Positions 28,877-38,881 are shown, numbered from the stretch's first letter. The stretch: 64,000 bases of DNA from an uncultured Clostridia bacterium (GCA_944384905.1 CALWVE010000024.1:11415-75414), one strand, 5' to 3'. Numbers and translations: made by a program. Notes: a model not told the origin generated them from the letters alone.

Positions 28877-29070
28877 GGAAAAGACCTCCTGCAAGTGAAT
28901 CTTCCTGTATTATAGGCGTGCAGAAAGGGAAAGTCAAACAGGCGTAGCGGGCAAAATCCGCGCCGGGACTTTACTTTTTTCCCCGCAGGCTTTACAATAG
29001 GAACAGAAAAACGCGATGCCGTCCGCTTTGGCGCAGGCATGGAACGATACAGAAAAGGAGCTTTACATCT

Positions 29071-30240
29071 ATGGATTACGGACCGATTGCATTGGAAAAG
29101 CACGAACAGTGGAAGGGAAAAATCCGCGTGGAAACGGTTTGCCCACTGAACACGCGCGAAGATCTTTCCACCGCTTATACGCCCGGTGTAGCCGCGCCCT
29201 GCCTGGAAATCAGCAAGGACGTAGAAAAATCTTATGTTTATACCCGCCGCGCCAATCTGGTGGCCGTTGTAACGGACGGAACGGCTGTGCTGGGACTGGG
29301 AGACATCGGCCCCGAAGCCGGTATGCCGGTTATGGAAGGCAAATGCGCCCTGTTTAAGGCGTTCGGCGATGTGGATGCGTTCCCGATCTGCATCCGCAGC
29401 AAAGATGTGGACGAAATCGTTCATACGGTTGAGATGATTGCCGGTTCGTTCGGCGGTATCAATCTGGAAGATATTGCGGCTCCCCGCTGCTTTGAAGTAG
29501 AACGCAAGCTGAAAGAGCGCCTGGATATCCCGGTGTTCCACGATGACCAGCACGGCACGGCTGTTGTGGCGCTGGCTTCGATGATCAACGCCCTGAAAGT
29601 GGTGGGCAAAAACCTCACAGAGGTGAGGGCAATTGTCAACGGCGCCGGTTCGGCCGGTATCGCCGTAACCAAGCTGCTGATGGCCGTGGGGCTGAAAAAC
29701 GTGATTCTCTGCGACAAAGTCGGCGCAATTTACCGCGGTATGCCGGGCCTGACCGACGCACAGGCCGAGATGGCTGAAATCACCAACCCCGAAAACAAAC
29801 AGGGCACGCTGGGCGATGTGATCGAAGGCGCGGATGTGTTCCTGGGCTTCTCCGCTCCGGGCTGCCTCAAGCCGGAATTCGTCAAGAAGATGGCCAAAGA
29901 CCCGGTGATCTTTGCCTGCGCCAACCCCACGCCTGAAATTTTCCCCGACGAAGCCATTGCCGCCGGTGCCCGCGTGGTGGGAACGGGACGTTCCGACTAC
30001 CCCAACCAGATCAACAATGTGATGGTGTTCCCGGGTATTTTCCGCGGCGCTTTGGATGTACGTGCCCGTGAAATCAACGACGAAATGAAGATTGCGGCGG
30101 CTTATGCCATTGCCGATCTGGTGGGCGATCAGCTGAGCGAAACGTATATTCTTCCGTCTGCGCTGGATAAAAATGTTGCGCCCGCCGTGGCTAAAGCTGT
30201 AGCCGAAGCGGCCCGCCGTACCGGGGTTGCTCGTCTGTAA
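29071..30240 (+). CDS. NAD(P)-dependent malic enzyme (short, single-module form)
   Basis: [50 protein letters not shown] and NGAG.AG are all hallmark malic-enzyme motifs. Confidence 0.9.
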   Translation: MDYGPIALEKHEQWKGKIRVETVCPLNTREDLSTAYTPGVAAPCLEISKDVEKSYVYTRRANLVAVVTDGTAVLGLGDIGPEAGMPVMEGKCALFKAFGDVDAFPICIRSKDVDEIVHTVEMIAGSFGGINLEDIAAPRCFEVERKLKERLDIPVFHDDQHGTAVVALASMINALKVVGKNLTEVRAIVNGAGSAGIAVTKLLMAVGLKNVILCDKVGAIYRGMPGLTDAQAEMAEITNPENKQGTLGDVIEGADVFLGFSAPGCLKPEFVKKMAKDPVIFACANPTPEIFPDEAIAAGARVVGTGRSDYPNQINNVMVFPGIFRGALDVRAREINDEMKIAAAYAIADLVGDQLSETYILPSALDKNVAPAVAKAVAEAARRTGVARL

Positions 30241-30336
30241 GGAAAATACAGGCAGAATTATGTCTGCTGTCTGTATGGATGTTGCAGACTGGTTACATAA
30301 AAATTAAAAAAATATGAAAAAAAGATGAAAAAACGG

Positions 30337-30365
30337 TTGAAAATCCAAACCGTATGCGCTATAAT
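30337..30365 (+). promoter_or_regulatory. Near-consensus sigma-A promoter P1 (ttgaaa-N17-tataat)
   Basis: ttgaaa at 30337-30342, an exact 17-nt spacer, and tataat at 30360-30365. Confidence 0.7.
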
Positions 30366-30371
30366 AAGGAC

Positions 30372-30481
30372 GAACCAAGAGTTAGTTGGTTTACTTTATT
30401 CTTTTGCGTACAAGTCTTTTCATAAATCTCCTTTTTCAAGCACAAAATCCGTAGGCACCAGCCTGCGGATTTTGTGCTTTC
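30372..30481 (+). ncRNA. Candidate small RNA (~110 nt) bounded by promoter P1 and a 16-bp terminator-like hairpin
   Basis: The inferred TSS is about 7 nt after the -10. There is a 5' hairpin (gaaccaa/ttggttt), a U-rich single-stranded stretch containing UCUCCUUUUU (anti-SD-like), and a 16-bp stem (gcacaaaatccgtagg / cctgcggattttgtgc, 30440-30477) followed by ttt. A second independent promoter for the downstream gene follows. Confidence 0.4.
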
Positions 30482-30502
30482 AGGGGAAGATTTCTCTTAA
30501 GG

Positions 30503-30531
30503 TTGAAAGCAGTACAAAATTCTGTTATACT
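30503..30531 (+). promoter_or_regulatory. Near-consensus sigma-A promoter P2 (ttgaaa-N17-tatact, TGn extended -10) for the GT2 gene
   Basis: ttgaaa at 30503-30508, a 17-nt spacer ending in tgt, and tatact at 30526-30531, 44 nt before the start codon. Confidence 0.65.
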
Positions 30532-30574
30532 TTGTAATCATAAGAAATTGCTTTTCTTAGGAAGGAGCCGCCAC

Positions 30575-31507
30575 ATGGAAAGAAAAGTAGCCGCAATTGT
30601 AGTCACGTATAACAGACAGGCTCTTCTCAAACAGTGTGTACAGCATTTGCTTTCACAAACGGTACCCTGTACAATTCTGCTGGTGGATAATGCTTCTACA
30701 GATGGAACGGCAGATTGGGCGCAGGCGCTTTGTACGCAAAATACGCGTGTTCGCTATCGGAATACGGGTTCCAATCTGGGCGGTGCAGGCGGATTCAGCT
30801 TCGGGATTGAATGGGCTTGCTCGGAAGATTTCGAGTTTTTGTGGCTGATGGATGACGATACGCTGCCCGAACCGGAAGCTTTGGAGAAATTTTTAAATGC
30901 CGACCACCTGCTCGATGGGCAGTATGGCTGGCTTTCGGGCGTCGCGCTTTGGAAAGACGGACACGAATGCCAGATGAACCGCCAGAAAGTGCGCAAGAAT
31001 TTTTATGAATACAGCCAGTTTTTGCGGGAAGGACTGCTTTTGGCGGAACAGGCTACTTTTGTATCTTTATTCCTCAGACGGGATGTTGTTCATCTGGTGG
31101 GGCTTCCCATTCAGGAATTCTTTATCTGGGGCGATGATATTGAATATACGCGGCGCATTGCTGTGCGGTATGGCTTGCCCGGTTTTGTGGCCGGAAAAAG
31201 CCGCGTTGTACACGCCATGGCGAACAATAACGGCAGCAACATCGCCAAAGATGGAACAGAGCGGATTGATCGATATCGCTACGCCTTTCGAAATGAAAAC
31301 TATTTGTATCGTCAGGAAGGCTTTAAGGGCTTTTGCTATTATTTTGCAAAATGCGGAAAAAACCTGCTGTGTATCTGGGCACAGGCGCCGGATCATAAAT
31401 TGAAGCGCAGCGGAATTGTTCTGGGGCAGCTGTTTGCCGGTTTGTTCTTCAACCCGAAGGTGCGGTTCCCTCAGACAGCGGCGAAAGAACCCAAAGAAAA
31501 AGAATAA
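30575..31507 (+). CDS. Family 2 glycosyltransferase (rhamnosyl-/galactofuranosyl-transferase-like)
   Basis: ATG 30575 sits behind gaaggag. N-terminal GT-A signature (VAAIVVTYNRQ..L..C...LL.Q.....ILLVDNASTDGT) and DXD region (LWLMDDDT). Confidence 0.8.
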   Translation: MERKVAAIVVTYNRQALLKQCVQHLLSQTVPCTILLVDNASTDGTADWAQALCTQNTRVRYRNTGSNLGGAGGFSFGIEWACSEDFEFLWLMDDDTLPEPEALEKFLNADHLLDGQYGWLSGVALWKDGHECQMNRQKVRKNFYEYSQFLREGLLLAEQATFVSLFLRRDVVHLVGLPIQEFFIWGDDIEYTRRIAVRYGLPGFVAGKSRVVHAMANNNGSNIAKDGTERIDRYRYAFRNENYLYRQEGFKGFCYYFAKCGKNLLCIWAQAPDHKLKRSGIVLGQLFAGLFFNPKVRFPQTAAKEPKEKE

Positions 31508-31520
31508 ACCATAAGAGTAA

Positions 31521-31590
31521 AAACAACGGTTCATGATCTTCTATACCTGTGTAACAGGCATGAGGAAAGTCATGAACCGTTTTTCTTTAT
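31521..31590. terminator. Bidirectional terminator between the GT2 gene and spoIIID
   Basis: 12-bp outer stem aacggttcatga / tcatgaaccgtt with an inner hairpin cctgt/acagg. T-runs are present on both strands. Confidence 0.6.
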
Positions 31591-31835
31591 TTTCCGCAGT
31601 ACTTCCGTCGTGTGGCCATCCCGCCCCGGATATGACGCTGCGCTTTGTTGTATTCCAAAATTCCGCGTACCTCATGGTACAGCTGTGGATTTACGTTTTT
31701 CAGCCGTTCGGCGACGTCTTTATGTACCGTGCTTTTGCTTACGCCGAATTTGCGCGCTGCACTGCGCACTGTCGCCTTGTTTTCTACAATGTATTCGCCG
31801 AGTTCTACCGCACGGTCTTCAACAATGCCTTTCAA
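31587..31835 (-). CDS. spoIIID: Sporulation transcriptional regulator SpoIIID (mother-cell stage III)
   Basis: The 82-aa protein has the characteristic HTH (ATVRSAARKFGVSKSTVHKDVAERL) and the C-terminal basic RHIRGG motif. It is colinear with B. subtilis SpoIIID. TTG start behind aggggggag. Confidence 0.92.
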   Translation of the reverse strand: MKGIVEDRAVELGEYIVENKATVRSAARKFGVSKSTVHKDVAERLKNVNPQLYHEVRGILEYNKAQRHIRGGMATRRKYCGK

Positions 31836-32238
31836 TGGGCTCCCCCCTGATCTTTTACTTTTTGTATCATGCTTATGAAAACAAACGGCAAGTTATGCAG
31901 ACAGACGCCGCAGCGGGAAGACACAGAAGCCCTCAAAACTTGAAATATTAAATAAAGAGCCTTATTTTACTTTCGATTTTATTTTACAATCGGCCTAAAA
32001 CCGTGTGTAAAATCCTAAAAAGCGGCTCATACTAAAGGCAGGTTAAGTGTTTTAAACAGGCGATTTTTCCAGGAAAATCCTGAATTGTAAAGCGGGGTTT
32101 CCTTGATTTTACAAAGCGAAAAACGATTTTAAATAGATTTAACATAAATAGGATAACGGATTTGATGCTCGGCCGGTATACTTCTGACCGTACCCTGAAA
32201 GAAAAACAGAAACCAAAATCAAAAGGAGCAAAAACACC

Positions 32239-33159
32239 ATGAAAAAAGTTGTAAGTTTGGTAATGGCGGCTCTGCTGTGCATGTCTGCACTGGCAGGTTG
32301 CAGTTCCACCGATGGAACCAGCAGCACAGGCGGTTCTTCCACCACGGGCGGTTCTTCTGCGGCTCAGACTGAAGGAACCGGCATGAGCGGTGCCATCACG
32401 GTTATCTCCCGTGAAGAAGGTTCCGGTACCCGCGGCGCTTTCGTAGAACTGATGGGCGTTGAAACCGATGACGGCGATATGACGACTGAAAATGCTGAAA
32501 TCGCCAACTCCACTTCGCTGGTTCAGAATACAGTTTCCGGAAACAAAAACTCGATCGGCTACATTTCCCTGGGTTCTTACGATTCTTCCGCTGTAAAAGC
32601 TGTGAAGGTTGACGGCGTAGAAGCTACGGTTGAAAACATCAAGGCTGGCAAGTATGCTGTTTCCCGTCCGTTCGTGCTTTGCTACAAGGAAGAAAACCTC
32701 ACCGATCTGGGCAAAGACTTCATCAAGTTTATCCTGAGCGCTGAAGGTCAGGCTATTGTAAGCGAAGAGGGCTACATCACCGTGAACGATGAAGCTGAAA
32801 GCTACACGGCTTCCGGTCTGACCGGTAACCTGAGCCTGAACGGTTCCACTTCTGTTGGCCCGGTTATGGAAGTACTGGCCGAAGCTTATATGGGCCTGAA
32901 CAGCGGCGTAACGATTGACATTCAGCAGACCGGTTCCGGTACGGGTATCACGGCTACGATCGATGGCAGCTGCGAAATCGGTATGAGCTCCAGAGAGATC
33001 AAAGACGAGGAACTCAGCCAGGGTCTGACCGCTGAGAACATCGCTCTGGATGGTATCGCGGTGATCGTAAACCAGGAAAATACCGTTGAAGACCTGACCT
33101 CCGAACAGATTCGCCAGATCTATACCGGCGAAGTGACCGATTGGAGCGAAATCGGCTAA
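32239..33159 (+). CDS. pstS: Phosphate ABC transporter substrate-binding lipoprotein
   Basis: Lipobox LAGCSS, a Ser/Gly/Thr linker, and PstS-type motifs (SREEGSGTRGAF, GSGTGI). It heads the pstSCAB-phoU operon. Confidence 0.9.
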   Translation: MKKVVSLVMAALLCMSALAGCSSTDGTSSTGGSSTTGGSSAAQTEGTGMSGAITVISREEGSGTRGAFVELMGVETDDGDMTTENAEIANSTSLVQNTVSGNKNSIGYISLGSYDSSAVKAVKVDGVEATVENIKAGKYAVSRPFVLCYKEENLTDLGKDFIKFILSAEGQAIVSEEGYITVNDEAESYTASGLTGNLSLNGSTSVGPVMEVLAEAYMGLNSGVTIDIQQTGSGTGITATIDGSCEIGMSSREIKDEELSQGLTAENIALDGIAVIVNQENTVEDLTSEQIRQIYTGEVTDWSEIG

Positions 33160-33175
33160 GCCAAGAATCCTGAAC

Positions 33176-33203
33176 AGAGGGCGGTACCAACCGCCCTCTT
33201 CTT
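33176..33203 (+). terminator. Stem-loop after pstS (likely partial terminator/mRNA stabiliser)
   Basis: 9-bp GC-rich stem agagggcgg / ccgccctct followed by tctt. Confidence 0.4.
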
Positions 33204-33214
33204 ATGTATGGGAT

Positions 33215-34090
33215 TTGCGTGAAATGAGGGATATTGTGAAAAATAAACTGAAAGAAACCGTCATGCACGTTGTCTTTTTCCTGACGGCCTGCGTGTCGAT
33301 TGCAGCGGTACTTATCATTTGTGTCTATCTGCTGGGTAACGGTATTCCCACGATTGCAGAAATCGGACTCGAAAACTTTTTTGGCATCACATGGAAGCCC
33401 AGTAAAGATTTATACGGTATTGTTCCTTTTATTGTAGGTTCTATTTATGTAACGGCAGGAGCCATCGTGGTAGGCGTTCCGATCGGCATTCTCTGCGCCG
33501 TTTATCTGGCTTATTTCTGTCCCAAAAAGCTGTATAAGATTCTCAATCCCGCCGTGCGCCTGATGGCCGGTATTCCTTCCATTGTTTACGGATTCTTCGG
33601 CCTGATGGTGATCGTGCCTGTTATTCAGCAGTTGGCAGGTACTTCGGGCAAAGGACTTCTTACGGCTTCAATTTTGCTGGGTATTATGATTCTGCCCACG
33701 ATTATCGGAACAGCCGAACCCGCCCTGCGTGCCGTACCCGGCAGCTACTATGAGGGCGCGCTTGCTCTGGGCGCCACGCACGAGCGCAGCACGTTTTCGG
33801 TTGTGCTTCCCGCTGCAAAATCCGGCGTTATGTCCGGCGTAATTCTGGGCGTGGGACGTGCAATCGGCGAAACGATGGCGGTTATTATGATTGCCGGCAA
33901 CCAGACTAAAATGCCCGGCGGACTGTTGGACGGCCTGCGCACGATGACTTCCAACATCGTGCTGGAAATGGGTTATTCCACGGGTCTGCATCGCCGCGCA
34001 CTGATCGCCACGGGTGTGGTTCTGTTCGTTTTCATCTTGATTATTAACATTTGTTTTTCGCTCATTAAGCGGGGGGATAAGGCATCATGA
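33215..34090 (+). CDS. pstC: Phosphate ABC transporter permease PstC
   Basis: 6-TM permease with an EAA-type loop (ALGATHERSTFSVVLPAAKSG). The start is uncertain between TTG 33215 and ATG 33224. Confidence 0.88.
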   Translation: MREMRDIVKNKLKETVMHVVFFLTACVSIAAVLIICVYLLGNGIPTIAEIGLENFFGITWKPSKDLYGIVPFIVGSIYVTAGAIVVGVPIGILCAVYLAYFCPKKLYKILNPAVRLMAGIPSIVYGFFGLMVIVPVIQQLAGTSGKGLLTASILLGIMILPTIIGTAEPALRAVPGSYYEGALALGATHERSTFSVVLPAAKSGVMSGVILGVGRAIGETMAVIMIAGNQTKMPGGLLDGLRTMTSNIVLEMGYSTGLHRRALIATGVVLFVFILIINICFSLIKRGDKAS

Positions 34091-35022
34091 AAAAACCCGA
34101 AGCAACACAGGCGGTCAACGTGCTTACGTTTCGGGATCGCTGGCAATCTTATTTGAAACATCCGCTTTCTTTGATGGTTTGGCTTATTGTGCATTTGGCC
34201 GTTATTCTCACGGCGGGTGTGATTATTCTGCTCGTCGGCTACATTCTGGTTACGGGTATTCCCAATCTGAAACCTGAATTGTTTGCCTGGAAATTTACAA
34301 CCGATAACCAGTCGATGATGCCGGCTTTGGTCAACACCGTGTGTATGACAATTTTGTCGCTGCTGATGGCCGTGCCGGTTGGCGTGGGCGCCGCTATTTA
34401 TCTGGCGGAATATGCCGGCCGCGGCAATAAGCTGGTTAAACTGGTTCGACTCACTGCCGAAACCCTTTCCGGTATTCCTTCCATCGTGTACGGCTTGTTC
34501 GGCATGATGTTGTTTAACATTGCTTTCGGTTGGGGCTATTCCATGCTGGCCGGCTGTGTCACACTTGCCATCATGATCCTGCCTCTGGTTATGCGTACCA
34601 CGGAAGAAGCGCTGCTTTCCGTTCCGGATAGCTATCGCGAAGGTTCTTTCGGTCTGGGCGTAGGTAAACTGCGCACGGTATTCCGCATCATTTTGCCTTC
34701 CGCCATGCCGGGTATTTTGGCCGGTATTATCCTGGCTATCGGCAGAATCGTGGGCGAATCGGCAGCATTGATTTTCACATCCGGTTCCGGCAAAGAAAAT
34801 CTTCAGTTTGGCCAGACAGGCAACTTCTTTGCCGATCTGTTCGCGCCGCTGTTCCAGTCCACCCGTACGCTTTCCGTTCACATGTACAACCTGATGAGCG
34901 AAGGCCTTCACACGCAGGAAGCACAGGCTACGGCTGTTGTGCTGCTGATTCTGGTTATTGCTATTAACGCGCTTTCTAGCTTCCTTGCCAAAAAACTTAC
35001 AAAGGGGAACGAAAATGGATAA
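34087..35022 (+). CDS. pstA: Phosphate ABC transporter permease PstA
   Basis: ATGA overlap with pstC. Permease with the motif [27 protein letters not shown]. Confidence 0.9.
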   Translation: MKKPEATQAVNVLTFRDRWQSYLKHPLSLMVWLIVHLAVILTAGVIILLVGYILVTGIPNLKPELFAWKFTTDNQSMMPALVNTVCMTILSLLMAVPVGVGAAIYLAEYAGRGNKLVKLVRLTAETLSGIPSIVYGLFGMMLFNIAFGWGYSMLAGCVTLAIMILPLVMRTTEEALLSVPDSYREGSFGLGVGKLRTVFRIILPSAMPGILAGIILAIGRIVGESAALIFTSGSGKENLQFGQTGNFFADLFAPLFQSTRTLSVHMYNLMSEGLHTQEAQATAVVLLILVIAINALSSFLAKKLTKGNENG

Positions 35023-35764
35023 GATGACGGTTAAAGACCTGGATTTGTTTTACGGCAATTTTCAGGCTTTGAAAAAAATCAATATTAAAATTCCCGAGCA
35101 TCAGATCTCGGCTTTGATCGGCCCTTCCGGCTGTGGTAAATCGACTTTCCTCAAAACGCTCAACCGTATGAACGATTTGGTTGAGGGATGCCGCATTACG
35201 GGCTCCATTCAGCTGGATAACGAGGAAATCTATGGAAAGATGGACGTAAACCTGCTTCGCCGCCGCGTAGGCATGGTTTTCCAGAAGCCCAATCCGTTCC
35301 CGATGAGCATCTACGATAACATCGCGTTTGGTCCGCGTACCCATGGTATCCATTCCCGCGTAAAGCTGGATGAGATCGTGGAACGTTCGCTGCGCCAGGC
35401 CGCAATTTGGGACGAAGTTAAAGACCGTTTGAAAAAATCCGCGCTGGGGCTTTCCGGCGGCCAGCAGCAGCGTTTGTGTATTGCCCGCGCCTTGGCTGTG
35501 GAGCCGGAAGTGCTTCTGATGGACGAAAGCACCTCTGCTTTGGACCCAATTTCGACCAGCAAAATCGAAGACCTTGCACTCGAGCTGAAAAATAAGTATA
35601 CTATCATCATGGTGACCCACAATATGCAGCAGGCCGCGCGTATTTCCGATAAAACGGCATTTTTCCTGCTGGGGGAAATGATTGAATTTAACGAGACAGA
35701 AAAGATTTTCTCCATGCCCGAAGATAAACGGACAGAAGACTACATCACCGGGAGGTTTGGTTGA
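35015..35764 (+). CDS. pstB: Phosphate ABC transporter ATP-binding protein PstB
   Basis: Start at [14 protein letters not shown]. Walker [10 protein letters not shown], signature [14 protein letters not shown] and Walker B LLMDE. Confidence 0.95.
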   Translation: MDKMTVKDLDLFYGNFQALKKINIKIPEHQISALIGPSGCGKSTFLKTLNRMNDLVEGCRITGSIQLDNEEIYGKMDVNLLRRRVGMVFQKPNPFPMSIYDNIAFGPRTHGIHSRVKLDEIVERSLRQAAIWDEVKDRLKKSALGLSGGQQQRLCIARALAVEPEVLLMDESTSALDPISTSKIEDLALELKNKYTIIMVTHNMQQAARISDKTAFFLLGEMIEFNETEKIFSMPEDKRTEDYITGRFG

Positions 35765-35765
35765 T

Positions 35766-36422
35766 ATGCGTAATCGATTTGATTCCCAACTGGAACAGCT
35801 GAATACAGAACTGATTAAAATGGGCGCTTTGTGTGAAGAAGCGATTTCCGCAGCTGCCAAGGCTTTTCTGGATAGCGATCGCACTTTGGTAGAAAAGGTA
35901 CGCCGTGTCGATCATGAGATCGATCAGGCTGAACATGACATTGAAACACTTTGCATCAAGCTTTTGCTTCGCCAGCAGCCTGTTGCCACCGATCTGCGTG
36001 TGATTTCTTCCGCGCTGAAGATGATTTCCGATATGGAACGCATCGGCGACCAGGCTTCCGATATTGCCGAAATCACCCGTTTTCTGCCGGCCGAAAGCAG
36101 CAAAAGCGCTTCCCATATCGGCGATATGGCCCGCGCAACCATCAACATGGTTACGGACAGCGTAGAGTCCTTTGTAAAGAAGGATCTGGATCTTGCGCGC
36201 CAGGTTATTGTGAACGATAACAAAGTTGACGACCTGTTTTTGCAGGTGCGGCAGGAATTGATTGCCGGCATTCAGACCCAGGGCGATAAGGGCGCTTATT
36301 GGGTAGACCTGCTGATGATCGCTAAATATATGGAACGTATCGGTGATCATGCCGTGAACATTGCGGAGTGGGTGGAATATTCCATCACCGGTATTCACAA
36401 AAATAATGAGGGGCAGTTATGA
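35766..36422 (+). CDS. phoU: Phosphate signalling complex protein PhoU
   Basis: Start at MRNRFDSQLEQL. Two PhoU repeats with the conserved D..ERIGD motifs (DMERIGDQASDIAE and YMERIGDHAVNIAE). Confidence 0.9.
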   Translation: MRNRFDSQLEQLNTELIKMGALCEEAISAAAKAFLDSDRTLVEKVRRVDHEIDQAEHDIETLCIKLLLRQQPVATDLRVISSALKMISDMERIGDQASDIAEITRFLPAESSKSASHIGDMARATINMVTDSVESFVKKDLDLARQVIVNDNKVDDLFLQVRQELIAGIQTQGDKGAYWVDLLMIAKYMERIGDHAVNIAEWVEYSITGIHKNNEGQL

Positions 36423-37093
36423 TTTATCTTTTGGAAGATGACAGCAGTATCCGCGAGCTGGTGACGTATACGCTCAATAGCGTAGGCCTGGAAGCGACAG
36501 GCTTTGAAACGCCGGCTGATTTTTGGAAGGCGATGGCCAAACAGCGCCCCAACCTTGTTTTGCTGGACATTATGCTGCCGGAAGAAGACGGTATCTCTAT
36601 TCTGAAAAAACTGCGGCGTTCAGCTGCTACAGAAAAAATCCCGGTTATGATGATTACCGCCAAAGGAACCGAGTACGATAAAGTACTGGGACTCGATTCC
36701 GGCGCGGATGATTATTTGGCCAAGCCGTTCGGTATGATGGAAATGCTGGCCCGGGTGCGCGCGCTTCTGCGTCGTTTCCCCGAAGAACAGCAGCCGGTTG
36801 CGTATAACATTCGCGGACTGTATCTGTGCCCGGCCAAACATATCATTCGTGCAGAAGGCAAGGATGTAACGCTTACCTATAAAGAATACGAAATTTTGTG
36901 TCTGCTGGCCGAAAACCGCGGGGTTGTCTTTACCCGTCAGCAGCTGCTCAATAAAATTTGGGGTTATGATTTCGACGGTGAAAACCGCACGGTCGATGTC
37001 CATATCAACACGCTGCGCCAAAAGCTTGGCCCGTGTGCCTCTGTTATTGAGACCGTACGGGGAATCGGCTATAAGATAGGGGAAGAAGAATGA
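36419..37093 (+). CDS. OmpR/PhoB-family response regulator (PhoP/PhoB-like by context)
   Basis: Receiver domain (LLEDD...LVLLDIMLP) and winged-helix output (LTYKEYEILCLL...VDVHINTLRQKL...IETVRGIGY). It overlaps the phoU stop. Confidence 0.9.
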   Translation: MIYLLEDDSSIRELVTYTLNSVGLEATGFETPADFWKAMAKQRPNLVLLDIMLPEEDGISILKKLRRSAATEKIPVMMITAKGTEYDKVLGLDSGADDYLAKPFGMMEMLARVRALLRRFPEEQQPVAYNIRGLYLCPAKHIIRAEGKDVTLTYKEYEILCLLAENRGVVFTRQQLLNKIWGYDFDGENRTVDVHINTLRQKLGPCASVIETVRGIGYKIGEEE

Positions 37094-38739
37094 CAAAACG
37101 AATTTTTCGCGGTATGCTGATTGTTTGCGCCGTCGTGCTGATTGCATCGGTTGCTATGATCGAAGGCATACTTTATGACTATTTTTCCCGCAAAAGCGTG
37201 CAGGAACTGCATTATGAAGCAGCCTACATAGCTGCCGGAATAGAAACTTCCGGGGAAGCTTATCTGGAAAATCTTACGCAGAGCGAATCCCGTATTACCT
37301 GGATCGATACGGACGGCAGTGTTTTGTATGATAGCGAAAAAGATGCCGCTCAAATGGAAAATCATGCCCAGCGTGAAGAGGTGCGCAGTGCTTTTGAAAC
37401 CGGTACGGGCGAAGTTACGCGCCTTTCTTCCACAATGGCCGAGGCGACCACGTATTACGCCATTCGTCTCGATGACGGAACCGTGCTGCGTGTCTCCTTT
37501 ACAAGCTACACACTGGTTACCTTGATTCTGGCTGTTTTGCAGCCGATGATTATCGTTCTTGTGATTTCGCTCATTTTGGCGTTTATCCTGGCTTCGCGCA
37601 TTTCCAAGTCGATTGTCGAGCCGATCAATCGGGTCGATCTGCAAAATCCCGAAGAAGCAGAGGTTTACGAAGAAATCACGCCCCTGCTTTCGAGAATTGC
37701 CAGACAAAATCGGGAAATTAACCGCCAGATGGATGAATTGGAAACGAACCGGCGCGAATTTGAAGAGATCACCGGAAACATGAAGGAAGCGCTGGTTATT
37801 GTTGATCACGAGACACATATTCTTTCGTGCAACAAAAGTGCTCACAAACTTTTTGGCAGCTCCGAAAACGATATCGGTAAGAGCGTGTTTACGCTGAGCC
37901 GCAACGAGCATTTCATGCAGTGTGTAGAAAGCGCCTTGCGCGGCGAAAACTGCGAAAATACGCTGATGCTGGGCGACCGCGTGTATCAGATCATTGCCAG
38001 CCCTGTAACGGGTGTGCAGGAAACGATGGGCGCTATGCTGCTCTTGTTTGATGTGACGGAACAGCAATCCCGCGATCAGCTGCGCCGTGAATTCACCGCC
38101 AACGTTTCCCACGAGCTGAAAACCCCGCTGACCTCCATTTCGGGTTTTGCCGAAATCATCAGCAAGGGCTACGTCAAGGCGGAGGACGTGCCGCGGTTTG
38201 CGGATAACATCTATAAAGAATCTCAGCGCTTGATTACGCTGGTGGAAGACATTATTCGTCTTTCCCGTTTGGATGAAAACGCGGTGAACCTCGAGCGCGA
38301 AAATATCGCGCTGGCCGATATGGCGGAGCATGTTGTAAGCCGTATGCAGTCCACAGCGGCAAAACGCAGTATCGAGATTGAAACCAATTTGCAGCCGGCT
38401 TTTGTAGAGGGCGTGCCGCAGGTTATGGATGAAATGATGTTCAACCTGATTGATAACGCCATCAAGTACAACAAAGAGGGCGGCAAAGTCACGGTAACGG
38501 TCGATGTGGAAGACGGACATCCGGTGTTCCGCGTACAGGATACGGGTATTGGTATCCCGGCTGGGGAACAGGAACGCGTGTTCGAGCGGTTCTATCGCGT
38601 GAACAAGAGCCATTCCAAAACAATCGGCGGAACGGGCCTGGGCCTTTCGATTGTCAAGCATGGTGCGCTGCTGCATCACGCGCGGATTGAACTGAACAGC
38701 GAACTGAACGTCGGCACGACCATTTCGATTATTTTCTAA
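37090..38739 (+). CDS. Sensor histidine kinase (PhoR-like by context)
   Basis: Two TM segments, a PAS-like region, H-box FTANVSHELKTPLTSI, N-box LIDNAIKYN, and G-boxes DTGIGIP and GTGLGLSIVK. Confidence 0.9.
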   Translation: MTKRIFRGMLIVCAVVLIASVAMIEGILYDYFSRKSVQELHYEAAYIAAGIETSGEAYLENLTQSESRITWIDTDGSVLYDSEKDAAQMENHAQREEVRSAFETGTGEVTRLSSTMAEATTYYAIRLDDGTVLRVSFTSYTLVTLILAVLQPMIIVLVISLILAFILASRISKSIVEPINRVDLQNPEEAEVYEEITPLLSRIARQNREINRQMDELETNRREFEEITGNMKEALVIVDHETHILSCNKSAHKLFGSSENDIGKSVFTLSRNEHFMQCVESALRGENCENTLMLGDRVYQIIASPVTGVQETMGAMLLLFDVTEQQSRDQLRREFTANVSHELKTPLTSISGFAEIISKGYVKAEDVPRFADNIYKESQRLITLVEDIIRLSRLDENAVNLERENIALADMAEHVVSRMQSTAAKRSIEIETNLQPAFVEGVPQVMDEMMFNLIDNAIKYNKEGGKVTVTVDVEDGHPVFRVQDTGIGIPAGEQERVFERFYRVNKSHSKTIGGTGLGLSIVKHGALLHHARIELNSELNVGTTISIIF

Positions 38740-38742
38740 AGG

Positions 38743-38780
38743 AAAAGCTCCTGCTTGAAAAAAGCAGGAGCTTTTGTTGT
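38743..38780 (+). terminator. Rho-independent terminator of the pst-pho operon
   Basis: 14-bp stem aaaagctcctgctt / aagcaggagctttt followed by gttgt. Confidence 0.7.
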
Positions 38781-38859
38781 ATTTATAGCCTAAGCCGCGC
38801 GGCAGAAACTCAAATTTTATTGCAGCTTTATTCGCGATTTACGGGCGGAGGTTCTCCGC

Positions 38860-38881
38860 CCCTCGCCGGGGGTTCCCTTTA
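38860..38881 (+). repeat. 22-nt exact repeat, copy 1 (ccctcgccgggggttcccttta)
   Basis: Identical 22-mer, in the same orientation, at 54137-54158. Here it abuts a separate hairpin (gggcgga/tccgccc, 38843-38861). Confidence 0.85.

Noticed and set aside
30325-30537. 70-aa ORF between the malic enzyme and GT2 genes.
   Set aside because: It spans two near-consensus promoters and a 16-bp hairpin and has no RBS. The region is better explained as an sRNA unit plus the GT2 promoter.
31975-32150. TTTACA/TTAACA hexamers upstream of pstS as PhoP/PhoB boxes.
   Set aside because: Hexamers occur at 31983, 32108 and 32139. They are not in the tandem ~11-bp phasing required for a confident Pho box call, and in AT-rich sequence such hexamers occur by chance. 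Left uncalled.
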